64,000 bases of DNA, from contig OZ024747.1 in NCBI GenBank assembly GCA_964016885.1, positions 84,258,001 to 84,322,000 on the forward strand. The letters run 5' to 3'. Positions 53,285-64,000 of the stretch are shown piece by piece. The stretch is from Eledone cirrhosa. Taxonomy: Eukaryota. A program made the position numbers and the translations under genes. How positions within the stretch are numbered: the stretch's first letter is position 1; each line of letters starts with the position of its first letter. The notes under the pieces were generated by a model. The model saw only the letters and a program-made list of their open reading frames with translations. It had not been told where the DNA came from and did no database searches.

Positions 53285-55185
53285 ATGTCGGGGAGAAGTG
53301 TGTACTTAATGATGATGGCGTACTTGCCATCACTGACGCTGATAAGAAGATAGCTTGGAAGTGTCACTACGAAAGGCTACTAAATGAGGAGAATAAATGG
53401 GAGAAAGACAGTCTCCTCCACATCGACCCAATAGAGGGACCAGCAGTGTTAGTCGAAGGTAGTATAATAAGTAAGGCAATCAAAGATATGAAGACGGGTA
53501 AGGCGGCTGGGCCTTCGGAAATAGTTGCTGAGATGCTGAAAGCCTCTGGAACGGTGGGACACACCATGGTCACCCGGATAGTAGACCAAGTCATACAGAA
53601 TGGGGTTGTTCCGAAGGACTGGCGTAGCAGCATCATCATTAACTGCTACAAGGGTAAAGGAGACGCCCTAGATAGGAGTAACTATAGAGGCATTAAATTA
53701 ATCGACCAGGTCATGAAGGTCACGGAAAAAGTAATAGCGCAACTAATCAGAGAGAGAATTGATCTAGATGAAATGCAGTTCAGGTTTGTGTCAGGCAAAA
53801 GTACCACAGACGCTCTTTTCATTGTACGACAACTACAGGAGAAGTACCTAGCTAAAGGTAAACCCCTATACTTAGCTTTCGTCGACTTGGAGAAAGCCTT
53901 CGACAGAGTCCCCCGTTCCATTATCTGGTGGGCGCTGAGAAAACTAGGCGTTGACGAATGGCTTGTGAGGGCTATACAAGCCATGTATAAAGAAACAGTC
54001 AGCAAGGTTAGAATTAACAACAAATATAGTGAAGAGTTTAGCGTAAAAGTTGGTGTTCATCAGGGCTCTGTTCTTAGCCCCCTACTATTTATTATTGCCC
54101 TTCAGGCTATAACAGTGGAGTTCAAGACCGGCTGCCCATGGGAACTCCTATGCTCTGGTGCAATAAGTAGCAGCAAGTGCCCACAAAATACTAGCTCTTT
54201 CAATTGCGCAGAGGGTTCTATAGAAATAGTGGACAGCTTCCGTTACCTGGGTGACAAAATCAGCAGTGGAGGAGGGTGCTCTGAAAGTACAGTAGCTAGA
54301 GTCAGAACTGGATGGAAAAAGTTCAGAGAGCTTATACCACTATTAGCCACTAAAGGGTTCTCCCTAAAAATGAAAGGCAGGCTGTATGATGCCTGCATAC
54401 GAACAGCAATGTTGCATGGCAGTGAGACCTGGGCATTGTGTGCAGAGGATATACGCAGACTAGAGAGGAACGAAGCTTGCATGCTCCGCTGGATGTGTAA
54501 TAGTAATATACGCGAACGGCAAAGCATAAACGAACAAGGGAAAAATTAGAAATAAGAGGGATCAGATGTTTACTCGAGAGAAGGCTACGTTGGTATGGTC
54601 ACGTGATGCGCATGAAAGAGGACAGCTGTATAAAAAGGTGCAGGGCAATAAAGATAGACGGTAGCCACGGAGTAGGCAGACCCAGAAAAGCCTGGGACGA
54701 CCTGATAAACTCCGACCTCACACACTTACACCTCTCCAAGACAATGTCACGAGACCGAGATCTTTGGCGGCACTCAGTAATAGAGAAGACCCGCCTTACC
54801 TAAATACAAAGTAAAACCTACTACAGTCAGTAGGCATCTCTAACAAAATACACCCCCGTTCCACCCCATCCACACCACCCCTTTCAATGTAAAGTTATGT
54901 TGGTGCCACAACATCCAGGCCGAAACAAATGAGATCGTGTAGGTGTCACGACAAAAAAACACACAGTCCACGCTGTAATGTGGCCGTGTAGGCAACACGG
55001 TAAAAACCTCCCAGTCCCACACTGTAAATGTGGTTGGTGTTAGGAAGGGCATCCAGCTGTAGAAAACCCACCAGACAGTCCTATGCGAGCAAGACAACCA
55101 CTTTTGCCTCAAGTGGGAAAACTCCCGTCAAAACCCATGCAAGCGTGGAATATGGACGTTAAACGATGATGATGATGATGATGAT
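53285..55185 (+). mobile_element. 5'-truncated RTE LINE with in-frame deletion of the YADD/PHD region
   Basis: KAAGPSEI, NYRGIKL, FVDLEKAFDRVPR, GVHQGSVLSPLLF, then CPWELL|CSGAI (no YADD), FRYLGD, GSETW; UTR and (GAT)n tail. Confidence 0.95.
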
Positions 55186-55187
55186 TC

Positions 55188-57025
55188 ACATCACTCGTCG
55201 ACTACTGTCGAGATGATGGATCTCACTCTCATGCCCCAGAATCCCCTGTCCCCCATCGCTGCCCCCAGGTCCTGTCTGCTGATTCCCGTATCCCTAGAGA
55301 TAACGTCAGGGAATGACAGCTTCCTACTCCTAGTCAGGCTGGAGTCAGGGTTCCAGAGCAAGAGAGCGGATATGATTTCATTGCTGGCACGGTGACAGTG
55401 GCCAGCAAATTGAGCTCTCCGGGATTTTAGAAGGACAGAGGCTCGAGGGAGTTTGCCATAGATTTTAGACAAGGTGGGATGTCGTTTCCAGGATAGGTTT
55501 TGCACTCTCATTAAGAGACGGGTATATGTGCCATCTAATCTCCTCTCAAGTTGTGATGTCAGTGTCCAAGTTTCGGATCCATAAAGTAATATGGGCTTAA
55601 TGGTTGCTTGGAATATTTCCAGTTTTAGCTTGTTGGTAAGTTGAGATGTCCATATGGCGTGCATGTCATTGCACGCTGACCATGCCATACCCTACCTGGT
55701 TAGAAAATCTTTTTTGGAGGAGGAGATATATGAGCCAAGATACTTGTAATCTTCCACCTGCTTAAGGGTGGTACCATTAAGGCTTCTGATGGGGTAGTTT
55801 GGGCTGTTTGCGCATCTGTTCACACACTCAGTCTTGGATTCGTTGAGGTACAGTCCAACACAGTTGGACGCTTGCTCTAATGACTTCAAAAGACTCTCAG
55901 CATTTTCCAGTGACCGACTGATCAATGCGATGTCGTTAGCAAAGTCGGTGTCGGTCAAGTATTTTGCTGAGTAGCGTGAGCTTCTCCTAGGCTGTAGTTG
56001 GTATCCCCTATCCTGAATCCTATCCACAGACATGCGCAAAACATAATCCACAACAATGATAAATAGATACGGAGCAAGGGTATCGCCCTGTAAAATTCCA
56101 GCGAGGATCGAGGAAGGTGGTGTTTCCCCATCTAGGGTCAGGACAGTTGATTTGGTATCTGTATACATTACACGTATGGCCGCGATGATTTTATCAGGAA
56201 TCCCATAGAGTTGTAGAATTTTAAACATCCCGACCTGTCAACTGAGTCGAAGGCTTTTGAAAAATCAACAAAGATGAGTGTTTAGCAGTATTAGTTGTAG
56301 ATGTTATCGAGATACGAGTGACATAATAATTATTTCAACAGCAGAAATTAGAGATGAAATATACGTTTATTTTTTGATATAGCACAAACAATGGTGTTGT
56401 ACAGAGGCTGGTTTCTGGCGTGTGTTCAGTCGGCTTTTCAGTGGCTGTCTGTCTTTTCTTTCTGGCGTTCTCAACCGGCGTTGTTCTATCGAGGAGCGTG
56501 AGGCGTCTTACTACAAGTGCAAGGTCTAGATTGCGGTTTTGGGACTCCTCTATAAGTCGGCGAAGGCAGAGAATCTGGCTAAGTGTTGATCTACCTCTCC
56601 TAAATCCATTCTGGTTGTTACGAAGGATTGGCTCAAGAAATGGGATTAAGCGGTTAAGAAGAAGTTTGTTGTATATTTTTGCAGCAATTGCCATGAGAGA
56701 AATTCCTCTATAGTTGGTGGCTAAAGAAAGATCTCCTTTTTTGGGCATGGGGACAATTTGAGCTGCATGCCAGACGCTAGGTGGTTTATTGGTCTCGAAA
56801 GTATGGTTACATAAGTTGAGCAAAAGGACGTGGAAATGCTCATCCTTCCAAATCAGGGTAGGTATATTATCCAGCCCAAAGGCTTTTGAGGCTTTGAGCT
56901 GTTTGATGGCTTCTTTGAGCTCAGGCATGGTGAAAGGAGAGGTGTTGATTCCTAAAGGCTCTGAAACCTGAACGGATGGCAGTTGATAGTTATCAGGGAG
57001 TCTGGCCTTTTTCCCTAGAAGGTTT
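55188..57025 (-). mobile_element. Second RTE-type LINE family, decayed, interrupted by a solo LTR
   Basis: PKKGDLSLATNYRGISL, QNGFRRGRST, FVDFSKAFDSV, GILQGDTLAPYLF, FANDIAL, YKYLGS, YGSETW. Confidence 0.93.
56281..56515 (-). mobile_element. Probable solo LTR (235 bp)
   Basis: 4-bp TSD agtg (56277-56280 / 56516-56519); ends t[t]tagcag...ctaca; minus-strand AATAAA; removing it restores LDLALIFVDFSKAFD. Confidence 0.75.
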
Positions 57026-58618
57026 TTATATATACACATATGTGTGTGTACATAATCATCATCATCTTTTTTTTTTTTTTTTTTTACATCTGTTTTCCCT
57101 GCTAGTATGGGTTGGAAACATCATCATTGTTGGTGACTAACTGATTTGGAGAACCATATTTTGGTTTCTATGACTACATTCCTCTTCCTAATACTGACAG
57201 TAGACTGTTCACATATGTAAGATACTTTGTACAGAAGTACAAATTTATGAAAACGTTATAAAATATTCAGTACAATAAAATATTGTCACAAAATAAATAA
57301 ATGCCAACACAATACTACTGTAAGCCATTTAAGTTTATATACAGGGTGTCCTCAAAAATATATACACACTTCAACAGCAGATAATTCAAATGTGTATACA
57401 TTTTTTTGAGGGGGGACATCCTGTCATTGTTTTTCTGTCCAATTTTCCATGGTATGGGTTTGACTGGATGTTTTGAGACAATGTTTTCCTTCCTGATGCC
57501 AACTCTGTACCATTAGATTTAGAAAAAATTACACTGATATGCTTATACCAAAATCGCTGCCTTAGAATTATTGTGAATTAGAGTGCCTGCCCAGAATGTT
57601 GTGAAGACTCTGACCCACCCCTGAGCACAAAAGCCTGGTAACAGGTCTGTGTCAGCAGTAGATATGAACACATGACCTATAAGCATGACGTCCAATACCT
57701 TATTCATTGAACCATCTCACCTCTATAGTGTTTCATCATAGTCCTAAGATCACACAACAATTGATATGCTACCAGTCCATCTGTCAAGTTAGTCATCTAT
57801 TTCTAGTTTCATATGAACCTCTATCTTGTCTGCCGCCCTATATTTTCCATTGTTCTTCTAATACAAAATACTTCAAGCATTATATGTTTTTTAATTACAA
57901 ACATCCATTATTTTGTTAGCCTTTTCTCATTGTTGCTTTTTTTTTTTAAATAAAGATTTAGAAGTCCTAAATGTTTGTTTTATCTTTGTCCACAGTTTCA
58001 TGTGATTGGCTGAAACTCTCATTGTCACCTCCACCACCACCATCAACACCATCATCGGCACCACCACCACCACTACCACCAACACCATCACCACCACCAC
58101 CATCACTACCACCAGCACCATCATCATCACCACCACCACCACCAAATTTTAATCTCTTCTCCATATCAACAGTACCACCCCCACACAACTATTACTACCA
58201 TCTGTCAGTGGACCCACCCCTCTCTCCATCAAATGCCTATTTTTAAATTACATTTTAGTAATGACTTTACAATTCTTTAGAAAAAGAAAAGGCATCAACA
58301 TCACAACTCTCATTCCCTCCTTCCCAGCCATCCTTTACTTCAGGCAATATGTGAATTACATTTTGTCAAATAGAACTTTACAGGTTGTTTATGTTTGCCT
58401 CTCTTCCATGGCTAACACTGTAGTTCTTTGTGAATCAAGTCTGCAGTGCATTTCAGTAATTCCTCGTTAAAGTTATTTTCAACTACTCTGTTTATATCCT
58501 TGAAATCAGCAGCAGCAGCAAGCATTTTTGTGATTACCATGTACAGTTTCATAATCATCATGACTGTCCATTGCATCTAATTATAACAGATGTAGCAATT
58601 ACTACAGCAACAAGCACA

Positions 58619-58847
58619 TTAATGCTTTAGCATTTAAACCAGCTGTATCCAGCCAGCATTCTCTCACCTCTTTCTGTTCAAACCAGCCGTAACTAGCCAC
58701 TCATACTGACGTAAAGGTATTGTTCTGAAAATAAATAACACCAAAATCTCGTAGATTCTGTATAACATGAGATATTATGTAAGATAAAGTCTTTACCACA
58801 AAAAATACAATAGTAAATATAAAGTACTGAAAATGCTAAAGGGTTAA
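58619..58847 (+). mobile_element. TTAA MITE
   Basis: Homologous to 20178-20406. Confidence 0.8.
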
Positions 58848-59289
58848 GGTCATTTTCCCCGCTAAAGAAGGGATTAAACTTTGTGGGACCCATGTAGGGG
58901 TTCAGTCATCAAGGAGTTCATTTTACAACCAGATGCCCTTCATAGTGTCAACCCTTTTTATCACACCTTACTACATGCACTGGTGGGTCCTCCATCATTT
59001 TCACCCATGAGCATGTAGTTATTCAATTAACTGAACATCCAACTTAGTGTGTAAGTGGTTGAGTATTCCACAGATACATGCATTCGATGTTCAGAGAGTG
59101 GGATTGGCCCCGTGCAAAGCCTTTCCTCACTTAAAAAAGCTTCCAGTACAGGCATCGCTTCATATGTGACATTTTTTGCAATGAATGGTATTGCTGGCCA
59201 TAGGCAAGTCCCTAGAGGGACTAAAAAGCCATGTCCATAATGCTCATGCTTAAGTATCAAGTGATGGCATTACTCAAAATCAAGTTGCA

Positions 59290-59337
<48 letters not shown>

Positions 59338-59494
59338 ATTTATATATATTTTGAGTTTATGTTGGTTGTATACCAACACCTCAGTATGCAGGCTGGAGCA
59401 CTCGACGAAGTGCGCAGGTTGGTTTGGTTACTCCGGAGTAGTGTAAAATAAAGTTAAATAAAAGTCAAATGATTAAAATTTAGCTTCGTTTATT

Positions 59495-59549
59495 ACTGCT
59501 ATATATATTTCAGTGACAGCCATCTTTGGCTGTGACCTCTTCAGGCAGT
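59495..59549 (-). ncRNA. Mirror copy of the hammerhead ribozyme
   Basis: Reverse complement of 59764-59818. Confidence 0.85.
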
Positions 59550-59763
59550 TTGAATTAGTATGGTATAGACAAGTACATATGTTGTTTAGGTGTATGATAT
59601 TGTCAATACTCTGATATGCCCAGTTCCTTGCTGGGTTGTTAATTCACTATGACTCCAGTTCCCCAGTGAATTAACAACCCAGCAAGGAACTGGGCATATC
59701 AGAGTATTGACAATATCGTACACCTAAACAACATATGTACTTGTCTATACCATACTAATTCAA

Positions 59764-59818
59764 ACTGCCTGAAGAGGTCACAGCCAAAGATGGCTGTCAC
59801 TGAAATATATATAGCAGT
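59764..59818 (+). ncRNA. Minimal type I hammerhead ribozyme
   Basis: actgc CTGAAGA ggtcacagcca-aaga-tggctgtcact GAAA tatata TA gcagt: complete core, stem I actgc/gcagt, stem II 10 of 11 pairs, palindromic stem III. Confidence 0.85.
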
Positions 59819-59998
59819 AATAAACGAAGCTAAATTTTAATCATTTGACTTTTATTTAACTTTATTTTATATTTATATATATATATATATTACTGTATGT
59901 TTCGGGTTAAATATATAAAACAATTGTGGTATTCTCTATCCTCGGAATTTTAGACACAGAATTTACTGTGTTTATTTCTACATATATTATTATATAAT

Positions 59999-60183
59999 TG
60001 TTTCTACTTTAGGCACAAGGCCAGCAATTACCCAGTGCATTACTGGTACTTTATTTTATCGACCCCGTAAGGATGAAAGGCAAAGTCAACCTCGGCGGGA
60101 TTTGAACTCAGATCGTAAAGAGACGTAACTATGCTGGAAAGCATGGCGTCCGACCCTCCACCGATACTGCCAATCCACCGCCC
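59999..60183 (-). mobile_element. Full-length young family-1 SINE
   Basis: A box tggcagtatcgg, B box gagttcaaatc; 16-bp TSD tatattattatataat (59983-59998 / 60184-60199). Confidence 0.92.
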
Positions 60184-61329
60184 TATATTATTATATAATG
60201 CTCAGTATTTATACTTTGAGCTTGTTAATTGCAGGGTATCAACATGAGTTAATAACTCTGTATTTTCATATAATATCCTTAACTATAGTTTCTAGAATTA
60301 AGAAACAATGCTAATGAAATTTCTGGCTATATCAGAGACAAATAACTTTCTTATATATATATGTATATGTATATATATATAATATATGTATACACACACA
60401 CACACAGCAGGTTTCTACAGTTTCCATTTACCCAATTATACTCACATGGTATTGGTCAACCAAAGGCTACAGTAGAAGACATTTAACCAGGCTGTACCAC
60501 ACTGGGATTATACTCAGAACTATATGATTGCAAAGCATTAATTCCTAACCACATGGTCTTGCCTATTTCTGTTAGTTTTCATTATTTATTTTAAGTCACA
60601 ATAATGGCGTCATTTAACAGATGCTCCTTCATTATACAACAGCTGGTAAGCAAATTAGGCAAAACCTTACCAACAGAATCTATTAAATAATTTATTTGTT
60701 TGTTTTTTCACTTTGTCATGTAAACTCAATACACTCTAATTTCTCATCTTAACTTAGGCTCACAATACATCCATTGAGTCTAGTTTTCTTGACATATTAG
60801 CATAGATAGTTCCTGTCACATACTTTATTACATGCAAAACAGTCTACATATTTAGTTTTTTTTATTCACAGTTGGATAAATAATATTATAAATTGTTCAC
60901 AATTCTTTCAGAATGAAAATATAAACACAAATACAACACATATAATAAATACAATTAACTATTGCTCAGAACCTTACAAATATAACGCACCAAAACACAT
61001 GATGAAAGTGAAAGAAAGAAAAAAAAGAAGCACAAACAAAACGACCATCAATTCACCACCTCGTGCGACAATTGGTCGCACATCACAAGGGTATCACAAC
61101 GGAATATTTTGAGGCAAGTACTGAGGTCGATTCTTTCTGTATATCTCTTTCTTACTTCCTCTGTCACTTTCTGTCCTTCTCTTGGAGAAATCTGCTGTAC
61201 TCAAGCCTGGAGAATGATGGGCTCTGCTAGGCTTAAAATGCCCAAGAAATGTATGTCACTACAACACCGCTATAACTTCACCAGGAGTTATGGGACCATA
61301 CCATACCATACTATACCAACTCCAATAAT

Positions 61330-61680
61330 CAACCTTCATTTCTCCTTGCCATGTTTTACTCGTTCTTCCACTTGGATTGCGTTACATTTCTTTACCCAAC
61401 TGCCATTGCTCATATGCCTTGTATGTCTGTATCAGTCAGTCTCCTACCTCTTGCACACTATACTTCATTCCTCTTCTACTGAGTTCTCTTAGTTCATTTC
61501 TGCTCTAGTATTCATAGTCAACAACAATACACATCCAACAGAACATGCTTGCCTCATTTCTTTCTAGGTTTCACACATCATCTGCATTTAATGCCCATCT
61601 TTCACTACCATGCAAAATCTCACTTTGTACACAAGAACCATACAATCTATCTTTCACTTAAAAGAGAGTAGCCTTCTTAA
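61330..61680 (-). mobile_element. Decayed RTE fragment
   Basis: VKDRLYGSCVQSEILHGSERWALNADDV.NLERNEASM, same family as 32467 and 53285. Confidence 0.75.
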
Positions 61681-61689
61681 AACATATGT

Positions 61690-62080
61690 CTAGGTATGGC
61701 TGTGTGGTTAAGGAGTTCACTTTACAACCATGTGGTTCTGGGTTCAATCCTATTGTACAGCAGTGGCGAGTGTCTTCTACAATAGTTTCAGGTTGATTAA
61801 TGCTTTGTTAGTGGAATTTGGTAGACAAAACTGCAGAAGCCTGCCATATATATGTGTGTGTGTGTGTGCATCCGCATGTGTGTGTAGCATGCACATCTGC
61901 GTTTATGTTTGTGTCAGTGTTTATGTCCCATAGCCTAGTGGTTTGACAAAAACAGATTGATCAAAAAAGCATTAGATTTGAAGAACATAATTACTGGAGC
62001 TGATATGACTGACTAAATCAAGGTGGTGCTTCAGCATGGCCAGACTAATCACTGAAACTAGTAAAAAAAAATAAGAATAA
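61690..62080 (+). mobile_element. Old tRNA-headed SINE with internal (TG)n; related minus-strand piece at about 60410-60565
   Basis: Head tggctgtgtggttaag...gggttcaatcc; body gagtgtcttctac...ggaatttggtagac; tail cagcatggcc...ctgaaactagtaaaa. Confidence 0.7.
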
Positions 62081-62519
62081 TGTAAAATATATATATATAT
62101 TACTGATGAGGTTAACAGGCTGGAAATATTTCTTTATTTATCAATAGAAAAGCTCATAAAACTTGTTCACACAAGTGAAAACGACAATTATATGTATATT
62201 TTATGAATTCTGGGAAAAATATTTAATGCATGGCTTTATTATTGATGGGGAGTGTCAAACAAAATGTAAAGTAACATAATGGAACTTAAAGTGAGAGAGG
62301 AGAGAGAGAAACAAGGAGAAACAGAGAGAGGAGATGAAAAGAGAAACAGACAGACATCCATGAACTGAAGATTAAGAGTATGAAACCAACTTTTTATCAG
62401 GATAATTAATTAAAACAAGGAGGATGTAATTCACTAAATAAGGTATTTAATTATCATCTTCATGGACTGAGCTTTCTCTAATTACATTACACTCACATAC
62501 ACACACACAGATATATATA

Positions 62520-64000
62520 TATGAAAAGATTCAGCAGAAACAGTAAAGTTAAGACATGTGAGGACTTTGGAGTTAAGCTGGAATCTGACTTCAGATCAGC
62601 AAATAGTGTTTTGGCAGACCATCTGCCGAATTCGTAATAAGAAGTCCTCTTCCACACCTGCTATCAAGGATGTGCCTGGGGCTCTCCTCTCTTCCGAGAG
62701 GTGCATCCTCACAAGGTGGAGAGAATACTTTGCTGATCTCCTAAACCCGATCACAACAGTATCTTCTGATGTATACGAGGTGCATCTGGGAGTGGTAACT
62801 AATCTCTGAGGCTGAGGTCACAAGAGCAGTTAAAGAATTCAAATGTGGTAAGGCTGCTGGTTAAGATGAAATCCGACCAGAGATGTTAAAAGCCTTAAAT
62901 AGAGAAGGTATTCTCTGTCTGACTTGTGTGTACCAGGTGACCTGGATCTCTGGAAAGGCACTTAAACAATCGGGTGTAATAATCCCAATTTTCAAAAAAG
63001 GAGACAAGAGATTGCTCCAATTACAGAAGGATTTCCTTGTTAAGCCTCCCTAGTAAAGTCTATGCTAAATATCTGGCAAAGTGATGTAGGGAGATTGTAG
63101 AGTCCATGATAGTTGATGAACAGTGTGGTTTTCGCCCTAGATGCAACACAATGAACCAAATATTCACACTGCGGCAGGTCTTTGAGAAATCGTGGGAGTA
63201 CTTCCAAGAGGTGTATTCTTGCTTTGTAGACCTTGAAAAGGCTTATGACTGCGTTCCTAGGACCTGCTGCAAAAGGTTCTGCAGGAGTATGGGATTGATG
63301 GTCAGCTTCTTGTTGCCCTGATGCCTCTATATGAAAGCCCAACTATTTGTTTTCGGATAAATGATGCTAAATCAAAACAATTCAATGAATAGGATTGGTA
63401 TGTGCAGCCAGGTTGGAAGTGATATCACGATTGACAGATGCAAAATCAGTCAACTGGAATTTACAGACGACATAGTGTTACTTAACTTGACAGATGATCT
63501 TCGACTTACATTTGATAGGTGTGATGCCGAGTGCTGCATGGCTGAAATGAAAATTAGTGCTATAAAAGCTGACTCATCTGTCCTCTCAAGGAAGCCTGCG
63601 CAGTGCACTCTACATGTGAATGAAGTTCAAGTATCTCTGCCATGTTCATGAGTGATGGATTAAGTGCAAGAATTGTAGGAGCTGGTGCAGTAATGTTCCA
63701 GATTCAGCATTCAGTAATCAGAAGGAGGGAGGTGTAAAAGCCAAACTGGCTATCTTCAATTCATACCAATACTTCCTTACCTATGGTCGTGAATGTTGGG
63801 TAATGAGAGAAAGAATATGATTGCAAATACAAGCAGTCGAAATGAGGTTCCTCTGAAGGGTCTTTGGAGTAACATTGCTTGATAGAGGGCGTAGCATGGA
63901 GATCAGAGTCACTCCAGGTAGAGCCGCTAATTCTTCAAATTGAGAGATAATAGCTCCGATACTATGGGAATGTGGTTAGAATGTCTCAGGAAAGAATCGT
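62520..64000 (+). mobile_element. Decayed RTE-clade LINE running off the window end
   Basis: RWREYFADLLNP, KAAG*DEIRPEMLK, NYRRISLL, EQCGFRP, FVDLEKAYDCVPR, FTDDIVL, LTYG.ECW. Confidence 0.9.

Larger units (their letters stand above)
59444..59869. repeat. 205-bp-arm inverted repeat with 16-nt spacer
   Basis: 59444-59648 is the reverse complement of 59665-59869, with one substitution seen (tatga / tacga). Confidence 0.97.

Noticed and set aside
53254-54549. Active or domesticated reverse transcriptase gene
   Set aside because: 5'-truncated, the listed start lies in flanking sequence, the catalytic YADD is deleted and the end is frameshifted.
59999-60183. tRNA gene (also other A/B-box hits such as 35210-35288)
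   Set aside because: A and B boxes are followed by a SINE body, tail and TSD, and occur in many copies; no complete cloverleaf was seen.
62100-62135. Hammerhead-like CTGATGA...GAAA
   Set aside because: Stem II is mostly G-U pairs and no stem I/III or cleavage site could be built.

Overview
AT-rich, repeat-dense animal genomic DNA, most likely an octopod cephalopod (inferred from the SINE/RTE repertoire, dense TA/CA microsatellites and TTAGGG-type repeats). One host gene is securely identifiable: LYRM1 on the minus strand, with three coding exons at 38601-38753, 35644-35704 and 34095-34126 and canonical splice sites; its terminal exon was not found. Most of the rest is transposon-derived: R4/Dong-type, RTE and CR1 LINE fragments, two tRNA-headed SINE families, mariner derivatives, several MITE families, a deleted Gypsy element, a solo LTR, Penelope-like remnants and a 2.9-kb 25-bp satellite. 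Highlights: (1) a near-perfect 205-bp-arm hairpin carrying an intact minimal hammerhead ribozyme on each strand, plus further hammerheads; (2) a C4HC3 PHD-type finger inside the RT region of an RTE LINE, deleted in frame together with YADD in a related copy; (3) a SINE whose 3' part matches two different RTE LINEs present in the window; (4) a four-level nested insertion upstream of the LYRM1 start codon. All calls were made by eye; no searches or folding were run.
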